DNA of 64,000 nucleotides from Acetobacteraceae bacterium (GTDB lineage Bacteria; Pseudomonadota; Alphaproteobacteria; Acetobacterales; Acetobacteraceae), in the NCBI GenBank assembly GCA_035696165.1, contig DASRQX010000428.1:1037-65036 (forward strand). Reading direction: 5' to 3'. The position numbers were made by a program, and so were the translations under genes. Every line of letters begins with the position of its first letter. The stretch's first letter is position 1. Below, piece after piece: positions 56,728 through 64,000 of the stretch. Below the pieces are notes generated by a model. That model saw only the letters and a list, made by a program, of their open reading frames with translations, ran no database searches and was not told the origin of the DNA.

Positions 56728-56894
56728 GGAAGGCTCCTTAATTGTCGATCGAATCTGATGCCGGGACACCAGAGATGTTGCGCCAACTATGCCTGACACC
56801 GTCAGTGACATCGAGGACGTCCCCGCCGCAAAGGATACGGATACGCCATCCCTCATCGAGGAGGGCCTCCAACGTTCGTTCAAGGATATGGAAC

Positions 56895-57046
56895 GGTTCT
56901 GTCGCGATAAGCCGAGATCGGTAAGCTTAGGTTAAGACAGAGTACACGAGGAAAACCATGATCGAGGCCCTGCGCGCGGTGATCAAGCGGCTGCATTACC
57001 TGCTGGAGGTGATGCTCACGTGCGTACGCTGGTACATGGCGGACAT
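56895..57046 (+). mobile_element. IS6-family left-end stub (IR plus the first ~30 codons of tnp)
   Basis: GGTTCTGTCGCGATAAGC at 56895-56912, then a leader nearly identical to the reverse complement of 4324-4368, then ATG 56958 MIEALRAVIKRLHYLLEVMLTCVRWYMA. Homology ends there. Confidence 0.7.
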
Positions 57047-57116
57047 TGTTGCACGGATCGACTGGCTGGTGCCGACCGAAGGGTAGGATAGAGGTCTCGC
57101 GTTGTCTTGCCATTGA

Positions 57117-57260
57117 ATGTCCACCGTGCCGTTCAAAGCCAATGCTGGCGGTCACCACCGCATCCCGCGACAGCGGCAGCGGGTGACGAATTGGTCACCG
57201 CAAGACGTGAGGCATCAGCGCTGCCCGTGTTGATAGACAGCGGCGGACCGCGTCGAGCTG
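57117..57260 (+). pseudogene. IS5-family transposase N-terminal stub (degenerate; may extend further with frameshifts)
   Basis: MSTVPFKANAGGHHRIPRQRQRVTNW.. followed out of frame by ..ALPVLIDS.. fits the IS5-family N-terminus (.FK.NA.RRH.IPK.R.RVTNW..Y...LR.RGSLT.W.D, recalled). Confidence 0.45.
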
Positions 57261-58274
57261 TCTGAGACTAAGCTGCCGCATCCCGAAGGGTGAGAAGGGC
57301 GTGGCATGGTTGCCAAGTGATTAAGCCGGACCTCCGGACGCCGAGCGATCCTACCGCGCGCGACCCGGCTCCCTGCCAGCGCGCATGTCGCGAGCAGCGT
57401 GATCAGTCTGAATGGCGACCGCCGGTCCAAAACAGCGGTTGTCGGATCCCTCGGCCTGAATGGCATGTTCGACTTCTCGGACATCCGGGCCGGTCGACCG
57501 AGTCTGCTGGCCGGCGCCCGACCGTCCCTCCTCGGGTGAAAATCGCGAGAGGCGGACGTTCACTCCAGCCCCAACCGCCCGACGATACTGCCCCGCCTGA
57601 CTGGTCTTTCGTATGAGTTGCCCACCGGGGACGCCGGCCCACCGTCGATGAAACATTGCCAAGTCGGTTTCACCTGTCAAATCGCTCCGGTTGGAGAGGG
57701 GGTTTCTACTTAGTACAGCGTACACCGCGCGCTGCCCATTGCTATGAACCGGCGCCATCTCGTGACCCCTCCTGTATTAGCAATAGAAGTCACGTGGGGT
57801 CCCAATCGGCGTCGTGACCCCACGTCGGTCCACAGGTCTCGCCAATGCAAGAGGGGTCGCGAGGCGGAGCCGGGCCATTACGAGACAATTCGTTCGCACC
57901 GCTGGTATTTCCAAGGCTTACCGACACGCTACGCCCTTTAGCGACTGGTAAATCGCCGAGCGAACCACCACTTCCGACTACATGGTTCCAAATCGCGCTG
58001 AGCTCACTGGCTCGGCGCTGGCGAGTAGTGCTATAAAAAAGTGCAGAAACACTCTCTATACTGAAAATAACATCTTGACATCTCTTCTTCCCCTTGTCAG
58101 GGCGAGAGGGTTTGTAATTGCCAATTGGTATCCGGATTCGCGCGCGACGGACGCAGCCAAGGCGTCTTTCGGGACTCGACAGCCGGCCGCGCCCGTTTTT
58201 GTAATGCACCGACCGGGTCCACCAGATTGAGACACCAGAGAGCAACGATCGACAAACGCAGTTGGCAGGATTTC

Positions 58275-58595
58275 GTGCCAGCGACCGCGCTTTTGGCCGT
58301 CGGAGCGGTAGGCATCAGCGCAGCAACGCTCTGCCCGTCATCCGCGCGCGGCCAGTACGCCGTCATGGCGCCTCCCTGGTACAATTTGGCGCAGACCGTC
58401 GGGCTGGTTGCCGGGGCCGACGGCGATCTCGTTGACCTTGGCGGCCTGGCCAACGTCGTCGTGGTGCACTCCGCGAAGCCGGGATTTGTGCGAGCGCTTT
58501 ACCGCGCCGGCGCCTGGCTGGTGATTGATCCCGGGTTGCTGCGGGGGTGTCTGGGGTTGGATCGAAAGCCGACGCCGGTGTCGGGAGCGACGTGA
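58275..58595 (+). CDS. Hypothetical small exported/membrane protein (106 aa) coupled to the histidine kinase gene
   Basis: GTG 58275 has AGGA 4 nt upstream. N-terminal hydrophobic segment [18 protein letters not shown], then ..[65 protein letters not shown]... Its TGA shares a base with the kinase ATG (TGATG, 58593-58597). Confidence 0.45.
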   Translation: MPATALLAVGAVGISAATLCPSSARGQYAVMAPPWYNLAQTVGLVAGADGDLVDLGGLANVVVVHSAKPGFVRALYRAGAWLVIDPGLLRGCLGLDRKPTPVSGAT

Positions 58596-61453
58596 TGTCG
58601 GAACTCGACAGGCTGCGGACTCGGTTCGGCCAGTTTCTCGTCGTACTGCTTTGGCTGCATGTTCCCGTCATGGCCCTCGTGGCCGTGGCCGTGCACCGTT
58701 CGCCCCTGTCGGCTGCCCTGGCGGCAGCCCTGCTCGCGACCGCGTATCATCTGACCTGGTGGCGCCACGGCATCGCGCCGGTGACCCGCTACCTGTCCGT
58801 CGTCGCACTGATGGGGGAGCCCGTGCTGCTTGTCTATCTGCTGGACGGCAACGCGTGGCAGATCGATATGCATATGTATTTCTTCGCGGCCCTGGCGCTG
58901 ACCATCGCCTGGTGCGACTGGCGCGCCATCCTGATGGCGGCGGTCGTGATCGCAGTCCATCATTTGCTGCTGGACCTCGCGTTGCCTTTGGCCGTCTTCC
59001 CCGGTGGCGCCGATCTGGCGCGCGTTGGCCTGCATGCCGGGATCGTCGCCTTTCAGACGGCCGTCCTGATCTGGCTGAGCAAAACGCTGGTGGAGAGCTT
59101 CGGGCGGATCGGCGCGATGAGTGCCGAGATCATGCGCCACAACGAGACGCTGGAGCAGAAGGTCCGCGACCGCACCCAGGAAGTCGAGGCGGCGAACCAG
59201 GCCAAGAGCCTGTTCCTGGCCAATATGAGCCACGAGATCCGCACGCCAATGAACGCCATCCTTGGCTTCTGCCATCTCGCGCTGCGTACCGCGCTGACGC
59301 AGAAGCAGCAGGATTACGTGTCCAAGATCAAGGGAGCCAGCCTCTCTCTTCTCGGACTCATCAACGGCATCCTCGATTTTTCCAAAATCGAAGCGGGGAA
59401 GCTGTCGCTCGAGCGGATAAATTTCAATCTGCGGACCTCGCTCGAGAATCCGTTCAGCATCGCCGCCGTCAAGGCGGCGGAGAAGGGCATTGCCGTTCGA
59501 CTCGATGTCGATGCCGCGGTGCCGGCGATCCTGCTGGGCGACGCGGCCCGGCTGAACCAGGTGCTGCTGAACCTCGTCAGCAACGCCGTCAAATTTACCG
59601 ACCGCGGCACCGTCACTGTCTCGATCAAAACCCTGGAAAAGCGCGGCCCGGCGATCGTACTCGAGGTCGCGGTGCGTGACAGCGGCATCGGCATGACACC
59701 GGACCAGCAGGAGCTCCTGTTCCGCTCCTTCTCCCAGGCAGACAGCTCCACCACCCGCCGATTCGGCGGCACCGGCCTCGGCCTCGCCATCAGCAAGCAA
59801 CTCGTCGAGCTGATGGGCGGGACTATCAGGGTCGAAAGTCTGCCTGGCGTCGGCAGCACCTTCACCTTCACCGTCGTGATGGAGGTTGGCGACAGCGCGC
59901 AGTTGCCGAGCTGCATGCCAGCGGAAGAACTCGTGCGCCTTCGCGTTCTGATCGCCGACGACAATTGCGCCGCGCGCGAGATCCTGCAGGACATCTTCGT
60001 GTCCTGGGGCATGCATGTGGACCTCGTGGCGTCAGGTAAAGAGGCGCTGGCGGCAGTCGATGCGGCGGCGTCCGGTGCGGCCTCGTACGACCTCGTGTTG
60101 ATGGACTGGCAGATGCCCGAGATGAACGGCATCGAGACCGTCAGGGCGATGCGCGCAGACCCCCACCTGACGAAGCGACCTGCGGTGCTGATGGTCAGTG
60201 CCTACGGTCGGGATGAGGAGAAGGCCGAGGCCGAGGCTGCCGGCATCGCTGCCTTTCTGATCAAACCGGTCGATCCCGTGACGCTGCTCGAGACCATCAC
60301 CGCCCTGTTCGGCACGGACAGATCACGCACGTCGGCGGGGTCTTCCCCGAACGAGCCGATCCTCACGGTTGCCCCGCAGTTCCGTGGTCTGCGTGTCCTC
60401 GTCGTGGAGGACAACGAGATCAACCGCGAAATCGCGGTCGAGCTGCTGACCGATGCTGGGCTGGTGGTCGACATCGCAGAGAATGGGCGCATCGCCTGCG
60501 CTCGAGTGTTGGACTCCGGCACGCACTACGACGCCGTACTGATGGACGTGCAGATGCCGGACATGGACGGCATCGAAGCGACCACTCGCATCCGGCGGCA
60601 CTGGCCGAGCGACCGCCTGCCGATCATCGCCATGACTGCCCATGCCTACGAGGCAGAACGACAGCACTGCCTGGATGTCGGCATGAACGACCATATCGCC
60701 AAGCCGGTCGACCCTGCCTTGCTGCTACGCACGCTAAATCGCTGGCTGAGGCCGCCGGCCACGATCGCAGCCGCCCCGCCAGCGCCGGCCGCAGCACCAC
60801 CATCCCCTGACGCGTTGCCGGACAACCTGCCGCCATTCGATATCGATGCCGGCCTGATTCGGGTGAACGGCAAGCGAGCGCTGCTGCGAAGGATGATCGT
60901 GCATTTCGGCGACACTTTCGCTGCCGCAATGCCGACGCTGCGCGGCCAGATTGCTGCCGCATCGCTGGGCGAGGCCCGGCGCCTGGCTCACACGCTGAAG
61001 GGCGTGGCAGGGGCCCTCGAAACCCGCGCGGTCGCCGACGCCGCCGGGCAGATCGAGGATGCATTGGCCGGCGGCGATCTGACGCAGATCGAAGTGCAGC
61101 TCGACCGGCTGCAGCAGGCGATGCTGCCGGCGCTTGCGGTTTCAGCTAAGCTGAAGTGTGCATCGACGCCGGCCGCGGTGACGGACGTTGCCGCGGCAGC
61201 CGACTACACCGCTTCGGCGCCGATTATTGCCGAAATACGCGAACTGCTGCGGCGCCGAAGCTTGCGCGCCCGCAAGACGTTCGACGTGCTCGAACAGGCG
61301 CTGGGCGCAACGCCGGAAGCGGTCGGACTGCATCCGGTGAAGGCGGCGCTCGAGAGACTGGACTATGGCGAGGCCCTGCTCATGCTCGACAAGATCACCG
61401 GGGCCGACGATATTGCGGTCGGCCCGATGCGCGTCGAGGGAGTCGTGTCGTGA
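58595..61453 (+). CDS. Hybrid sensor histidine kinase: multi-TM sensor, HisKA, HATPase_c, two REC domains, HPt and a C-terminal extension
   Basis: 952 aa from ATG 58595. H-box [18 protein letters not shown]; G-boxes ..RDSGIGM.. and [14 protein letters not shown]1 is [23 protein letters not shown] and REC2 is [23 protein letters not shown]. HPt is [15 protein letters not shown]. Confidence 0.9.
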   Translation: MSELDRLRTRFGQFLVVLLWLHVPVMALVAVAVHRSPLSAALAAALLATAYHLTWWRHGIAPVTRYLSVVALMGEPVLLVYLLDGNAWQIDMHMYFFAALALTIAWCDWRAILMAAVVIAVHHLLLDLALPLAVFPGGADLARVGLHAGIVAFQTAVLIWLSKTLVESFGRIGAMSAEIMRHNETLEQKVRDRTQEVEAANQAKSLFLANMSHEIRTPMNAILGFCHLALRTALTQKQQDYVSKIKGASLSLLGLINGILDFSKIEAGKLSLERINFNLRTSLENPFSIAAVKAAEKGIAVRLDVDAAVPAILLGDAARLNQVLLNLVSNAVKFTDRGTVTVSIKTLEKRGPAIVLEVAVRDSGIGMTPDQQELLFRSFSQADSSTTRRFGGTGLGLAISKQLVELMGGTIRVESLPGVGSTFTFTVVMEVGDSAQLPSCMPAEELVRLRVLIADDNCAAREILQDIFVSWGMHVDLVASGKEALAAVDAAASGAASYDLVLMDWQMPEMNGIETVRAMRADPHLTKRPAVLMVSAYGRDEEKAEAEAAGIAAFLIKPVDPVTLLETITALFGTDRSRTSAGSSPNEPILTVAPQFRGLRVLVVEDNEINREIAVELLTDAGLVVDIAENGRIACARVLDSGTHYDAVLMDVQMPDMDGIEATTRIRRHWPSDRLPIIAMTAHAYEAERQHCLDVGMNDHIAKPVDPALLLRTLNRWLRPPATIAAAPPAPAAAPPSPDALPDNLPPFDIDAGLIRVNGKRALLRRMIVHFGDTFAAAMPTLRGQIAAASLGEARRLAHTLKGVAGALETRAVADAAGQIEDALAGGDLTQIEVQLDRLQQAMLPALAVSAKLKCASTPAAVTDVAAAADYTASAPIIAEIRELLRRRSLRARKTFDVLEQALGATPEAVGLHPVKAALERLDYGEALLMLDKITGADDIAVGPMRVEGVVS

Positions 61454-62412
61454 CACGGCGTGCTCTCATTCTGATCGTCGACGACGAAGTCTCGAACATC
61501 GAGCTTCTGAACGCGGCGCTCGAGGACGATTACGAGATCTGCTTCGCGACATCCGGCGAGGAGGCGATCAGCATGGCGCTCGCACTCCTGCCGGACCTCG
61601 TTCTGCTGGACGTGCTCATGCCGGGGATCGATGGGTACGAGGTTTGCCGCAGGCTCAAGGACGACCCGCTGATCGCCGACGTGCCGATCATTTTCGCGAC
61701 CGGCCTTGATGACCAGAAGGCGGAAGTGCGCGGGCTTTCGCTCGGTGCCATCGACTACGTGACCAAGCCGATCTCGCCTGCCATTGTTCGTGCCAGGGTG
61801 CGCAATCACATCGAGCTCAAGCGCATGCGCGACCAGTTGGCGGAGCTTGCGGTTACCGATGCGTTGACCGGCCTGAGCAATCGCCGGCGACTGGAGCAAT
61901 CGCTACAACTGGAGACGGCAAGGCTGGCGCGCACGGCGGACTGGCTGTCCGTCATCATGTTGGATATCGATTTCTTCAAGCAGTTCAATGACACCTACGG
62001 TCATCCCGCCGGCGATCGCTGCATCGCGATGGTCGCCGCCGCGCTGAACCGCGCCGTGCGCCGGGCCGCCGATCTGACCGCCCGGTATGGCGGCGAGGAA
62101 TTTGCCTGCGTCCTGCCGAGCATGGAGCACGAAGCAGCGATGGTCGTCGCGCGCGGGATCCGCGATCAGGTACACTTGCTGGGGATTCCCCACGTCCGAT
62201 CCAGTGCCGCCGCGTACGTAACCGTCAGCGTGGGCGTCGCGACCGCGTGCTGTATGCCGGGCATGGCACCGGAACTCTGGATCAAGGGCGCCGACCGTCA
62301 ACTCTACTTGGCCAAAGCAGCCGGACGGGACAATGTAGTCGGCACAATCTTTGACGCAGCGTCGGCGCTGGCAGAAGACGTCATCAGGCAGACTGGCCAA
62401 CCAGCAGCCTGA
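61450..62412 (+). CDS. Response-regulator diguanylate cyclase (REC-GGDEF, PleD-like single REC)
   Basis: 320 aa from GTG 61450, overlapping the kinase stop as GTGA. REC is [32 protein letters not shown] domain with the active site RYGGEEF and an RxxD I-site (RAAD) five residues upstream. Confidence 0.9.
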   Translation: MTRRALILIVDDEVSNIELLNAALEDDYEICFATSGEEAISMALALLPDLVLLDVLMPGIDGYEVCRRLKDDPLIADVPIIFATGLDDQKAEVRGLSLGAIDYVTKPISPAIVRARVRNHIELKRMRDQLAELAVTDALTGLSNRRRLEQSLQLETARLARTADWLSVIMLDIDFFKQFNDTYGHPAGDRCIAMVAAALNRAVRRAADLTARYGGEEFACVLPSMEHEAAMVVARGIRDQVHLLGIPHVRSSAAAYVTVSVGVATACCMPGMAPELWIKGADRQLYLAKAAGRDNVVGTIFDAASALAEDVIRQTGQPAA

Positions 62413-62573
62413 GTATCGATTCGTATTGCAACTGAACATTCCCGGCGGAATAGGGTTGTCCCGGCGAACGCCTGACTGACGGCTGGAGCCCGCTATTTCA
62501 TAGCGAGTCCATATCGATCGGCGCTGCTCCGCTGCGGCGTTTGCCGACTCAAGTGCGCACATCCGCCTTGGTG

Positions 62574-63731
62574 CATGAACAGACCGGAGGTTGTAGGAGG
62601 CCCCTCACGTTGCCTCAACGGAGGCCGTTGGACGCCTCGGTCAATGCCTGAAGGGTGGCGAGCAGGCGCCGAGACCACGGGATAGGCCGGCCGTTCCAGG
62701 CTGCCGGTTGTGAAGACTCATGCCGTACAAGTTCACCGAAGGCCGACGCCGTGAGTTTTCCAAGGCCAGATACCGGGTGACGAATTGGCCAGAATACGAT
62801 GCCGCGCTGGTTCGACGGGGCAACCTGACGGTGTGGTTCACCGAGGAGGCGGTGGCCGCATGGCACGCGCCAGCGAGCAGAGAGCGGGGCGGGCGGCCAC
62901 TCTATTCGGCGATCGCCATCGAGACGGGCCTTGCGTTTCGTCTGGTGTTCCACCAGCCGCTGCGTCAGACCGCAGGTCTTCTGCGTTCGATCGCCGACGT
63001 GCTCGGGGTCGATATCGCCATCCCCGATCATATGACCCTCAGCCGTCGCAGTGGTGGCCTGACAATCCTGCTTATGCGGCTTGATCGTGCGGAGCCATTG
63101 CATCTTTTTGTCGACAACACGGGTCTAAGGATTTGCGGCGAGGGAGAATGGCTCGATCAGAAGCACGGCATTCGGTCGCGCCGGCGATGGCGCAAGCTGC
63201 ACCTCGGGATCGACGCGATGACGCATGAAATCGTTGCCTCGGAACTGACGCCCGACGATGTCGGTGACGTCTCCGAAATGCCGGCGCTACTTGATCAGAT
63301 TGATGCTGAGGTTGCATCGATGACGGCGGACGGCGCGTATGATGGGGAGGCCGTCTACGACGCTGTCGCCCAACGTCATCCCGAAGCTGCGGTGATCATT
63401 GCACCTCGGGCGACGGCAGTTCCGAACGAATCAACTGCGACGCAGCGCGATCGACATATTGCAGAGATTGACGAACATGGACGCATGGGTTGGCAGCGTC
63501 GTTCCGGCTACAATCGCCGGAGCCTGGTCGAAACCGCAATATATCGCTACAAGACCGTTGTCGGCCGGCGACTTCGCACCCGAACTCTGTCCAATCAGCG
63601 AACCGAGGAAAAATTTAGTGCTACGTGCTCAACCGGATGACGACGCTTGGCATGCCGGCCACCGTCCGGATCCGCTGATATGCGCTGCAAGACGAGAGAC
63701 GCAACCAGCTATTTATTCATGCACCAAGGCG
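62574..63731 (+). mobile_element. IS5-family insertion sequence, near-intact (about 1.16 kb)
   Basis: Terminal inverted repeats CGCCTTGGTGCATGAA (62574-62589) and TTCATGCACCAAGGCG (63716-63731) enclose one transposase gene. Confidence 0.8.
62720..63640 (+). CDS. IS5-family DDE transposase (306 aa; the usual last ~20 residues are out of frame and behind a TAG)
   Basis: MPYKFTEGRRREFSKARYRVTNWPEYDAALVRRGNLTVWF..LFVDNTGLRICGEGEWLDQKHG..RKLHLGIDAMTHEIVASELT..ADGAYDGEAVYDAV..NRRSLVETAIYRYKTVVGRRLR... The conserved tail ..VLNRMTTLGMPATVRIR lies in the +1 frame. Confidence 0.85.
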   Translation: MPYKFTEGRRREFSKARYRVTNWPEYDAALVRRGNLTVWFTEEAVAAWHAPASRERGGRPLYSAIAIETGLAFRLVFHQPLRQTAGLLRSIADVLGVDIAIPDHMTLSRRSGGLTILLMRLDRAEPLHLFVDNTGLRICGEGEWLDQKHGIRSRRRWRKLHLGIDAMTHEIVASELTPDDVGDVSEMPALLDQIDAEVASMTADGAYDGEAVYDAVAQRHPEAAVIIAPRATAVPNESTATQRDRHIAEIDEHGRMGWQRRSGYNRRSLVETAIYRYKTVVGRRLRTRTLSNQRTEEKFSATCSTG

Positions 63732-64000
63732 CTGCGACGCGCGGATAGCGCGGCGGCGTACCCGCGTCGTGGCTCGGCAGCCGGGCGAAGGTGAAGTAAG
63801 CGGCATAACCGAGGCTGAGCAGGGCGATCAGGAACACCGGCCGGCGGGCCTCATACGGCACCGTGGTCAGGACGTCGCGGTAGGCACGGCACCAACGCCA
63901 GCGCCAGCGTAAACAGCGCGGGGAGGAAGATGGCCCAGTTGATCAGGAAATTTCGAATATACAGAACAATCGCGGCCCAGGTGTCGCGGGACACAACGCC
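63732..64000 (-). pseudogene. Membrane-protein gene fragment entering from the window end, frameshifted and interrupted by the IS5 element
   Basis: The minus strand reads ..RNFLINWAIFLPALFTLALALV.. and then, one frame over, ..YRDVLTTVPYEARRPVFLIALLSLGYAAYFTFARLPSHDAG..RVAA, running into the IS5 IR at 63731. Confidence 0.3.

Noticed and set aside
56728-56912. IS6-end-derived hybrid promoter driving the ipdC-like gene, as known for IS26.
   Set aside because: This IR (GGTTCTGTCGCGATAAGC) lacks the TTGCAA -35 element that IS26-type hybrid promoters use. There is no sequence support.
57120-57760. Suspected structured RNA or group II intron 5' fragment (strings such as ..gagactaagctgccgcatcccgaagggtgag..).
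   Set aside because: There is no GUGYG start, domain V or reverse-transcriptase ORF. The start of the stretch translates as an IS5-family transposase N-terminus (..FKANAGGHHRIPRQRQRVTNW..), so it is better explained as a heavily decayed IS5 copy.
57792-57825. 10-bp perfect inverted repeat (ACGTGGGGTC..GACCCCACGT) with a 14-nt loop.
   Set aside because: It has no T-run, is not adjacent to a gene end and occurs once. It is insufficient for a terminator or recombination-site call.
58075-58080. Perfect -35 hexamer TTGACA in the AT-rich stretch upstream of the kinase operon.
   Set aside because: The sequence 17 nt downstream is CAGGGC, which is not -10-like. No promoter call is justified.
57790-58245. 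151-aa minus-strand ORF, and the 130-aa ORF at 53765-54157(+).
   Set aside because: They have no motifs, odd composition and no plausible translation signals. They sit in intergenic or IS-debris sequence.
1-64000. tRNA, rRNA, tmRNA and riboswitch candidates.
   Set aside because: By eye I found no T-loop (GGTTCGAATCC-like) or anticodon-stem architecture, no rRNA-like conserved blocks and no recognisable TPP, cobalamin or SAM riboswitch cores upstream of transport genes. A tRNAscan/Infernal run would be the decisive check.

Overview
High-GC, alphaproteobacterial-looking DNA. It is probably a plasmid, chromid or integrated accessory region, because the window opens inside a RepA-type replication-initiator gene.

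Block 1 (1-9.8 kb) is a mobile-element graveyard. It holds a WGR protein, a glycine-rich pseudogene and a Tn3-family end cut by IS6. Two complementary IS6 halves bracket a PEP-CTERM choice-of-anchor-A gene. An IS6-truncated beta-propeller pseudogene follows, then one dead and one intact IS1595-family transposase and a TnpB/RuvC-like ORF.

Block 2 (9.8-51.2 kb) is a tightly packed transport and acyl-CoA catabolic core. Nineteen co-directional minus-strand genes and seven plus-strand genes diverge from a LacI-family regulator. The core encodes two paralogous ADP-forming acyl-CoA synthetases, a MaoC hot-dog pair, two crotonases, a cyclase, an NHL propeller, a 2-hydroxyacid dehydrogenase and a TauD dioxygenase. 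It also carries eight solute-uptake systems: 3 TRAP, 1 TTT, 3 ABC and 1 orphan binding protein.

Block 3 (51.2-64 kb) is a second mosaic. IS5 remnants surround a lower-GC orphan islet, followed by an ipdC/ppdC-like decarboxylase and IS6 and IS5 stubs. Next comes an operon of a small protein, a hybrid histidine kinase and a REC-GGDEF regulator. A near-intact IS5-family element is inserted in a membrane-protein gene at the window end.

No rRNA, tRNA or CRISPR array was seen.

The strongest sequence-level observations are:
- an exact palindrome TTGAA-N4-TTCAA, present three times and only in promoter-proximal gaps
- a 23-bp tandem duplication that splits one ORF in two
- an IS6 whose two halves flank a cargo gene with 80-bp direct repeats
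- a three-gene IS1595 module with a TnpB-like ORF

I do not see a canonical defence or toxin system. All novelty claims are hypotheses that need database searches. Family assignments come from reading the ORF-track translations and from recalled family motifs; no search was run.
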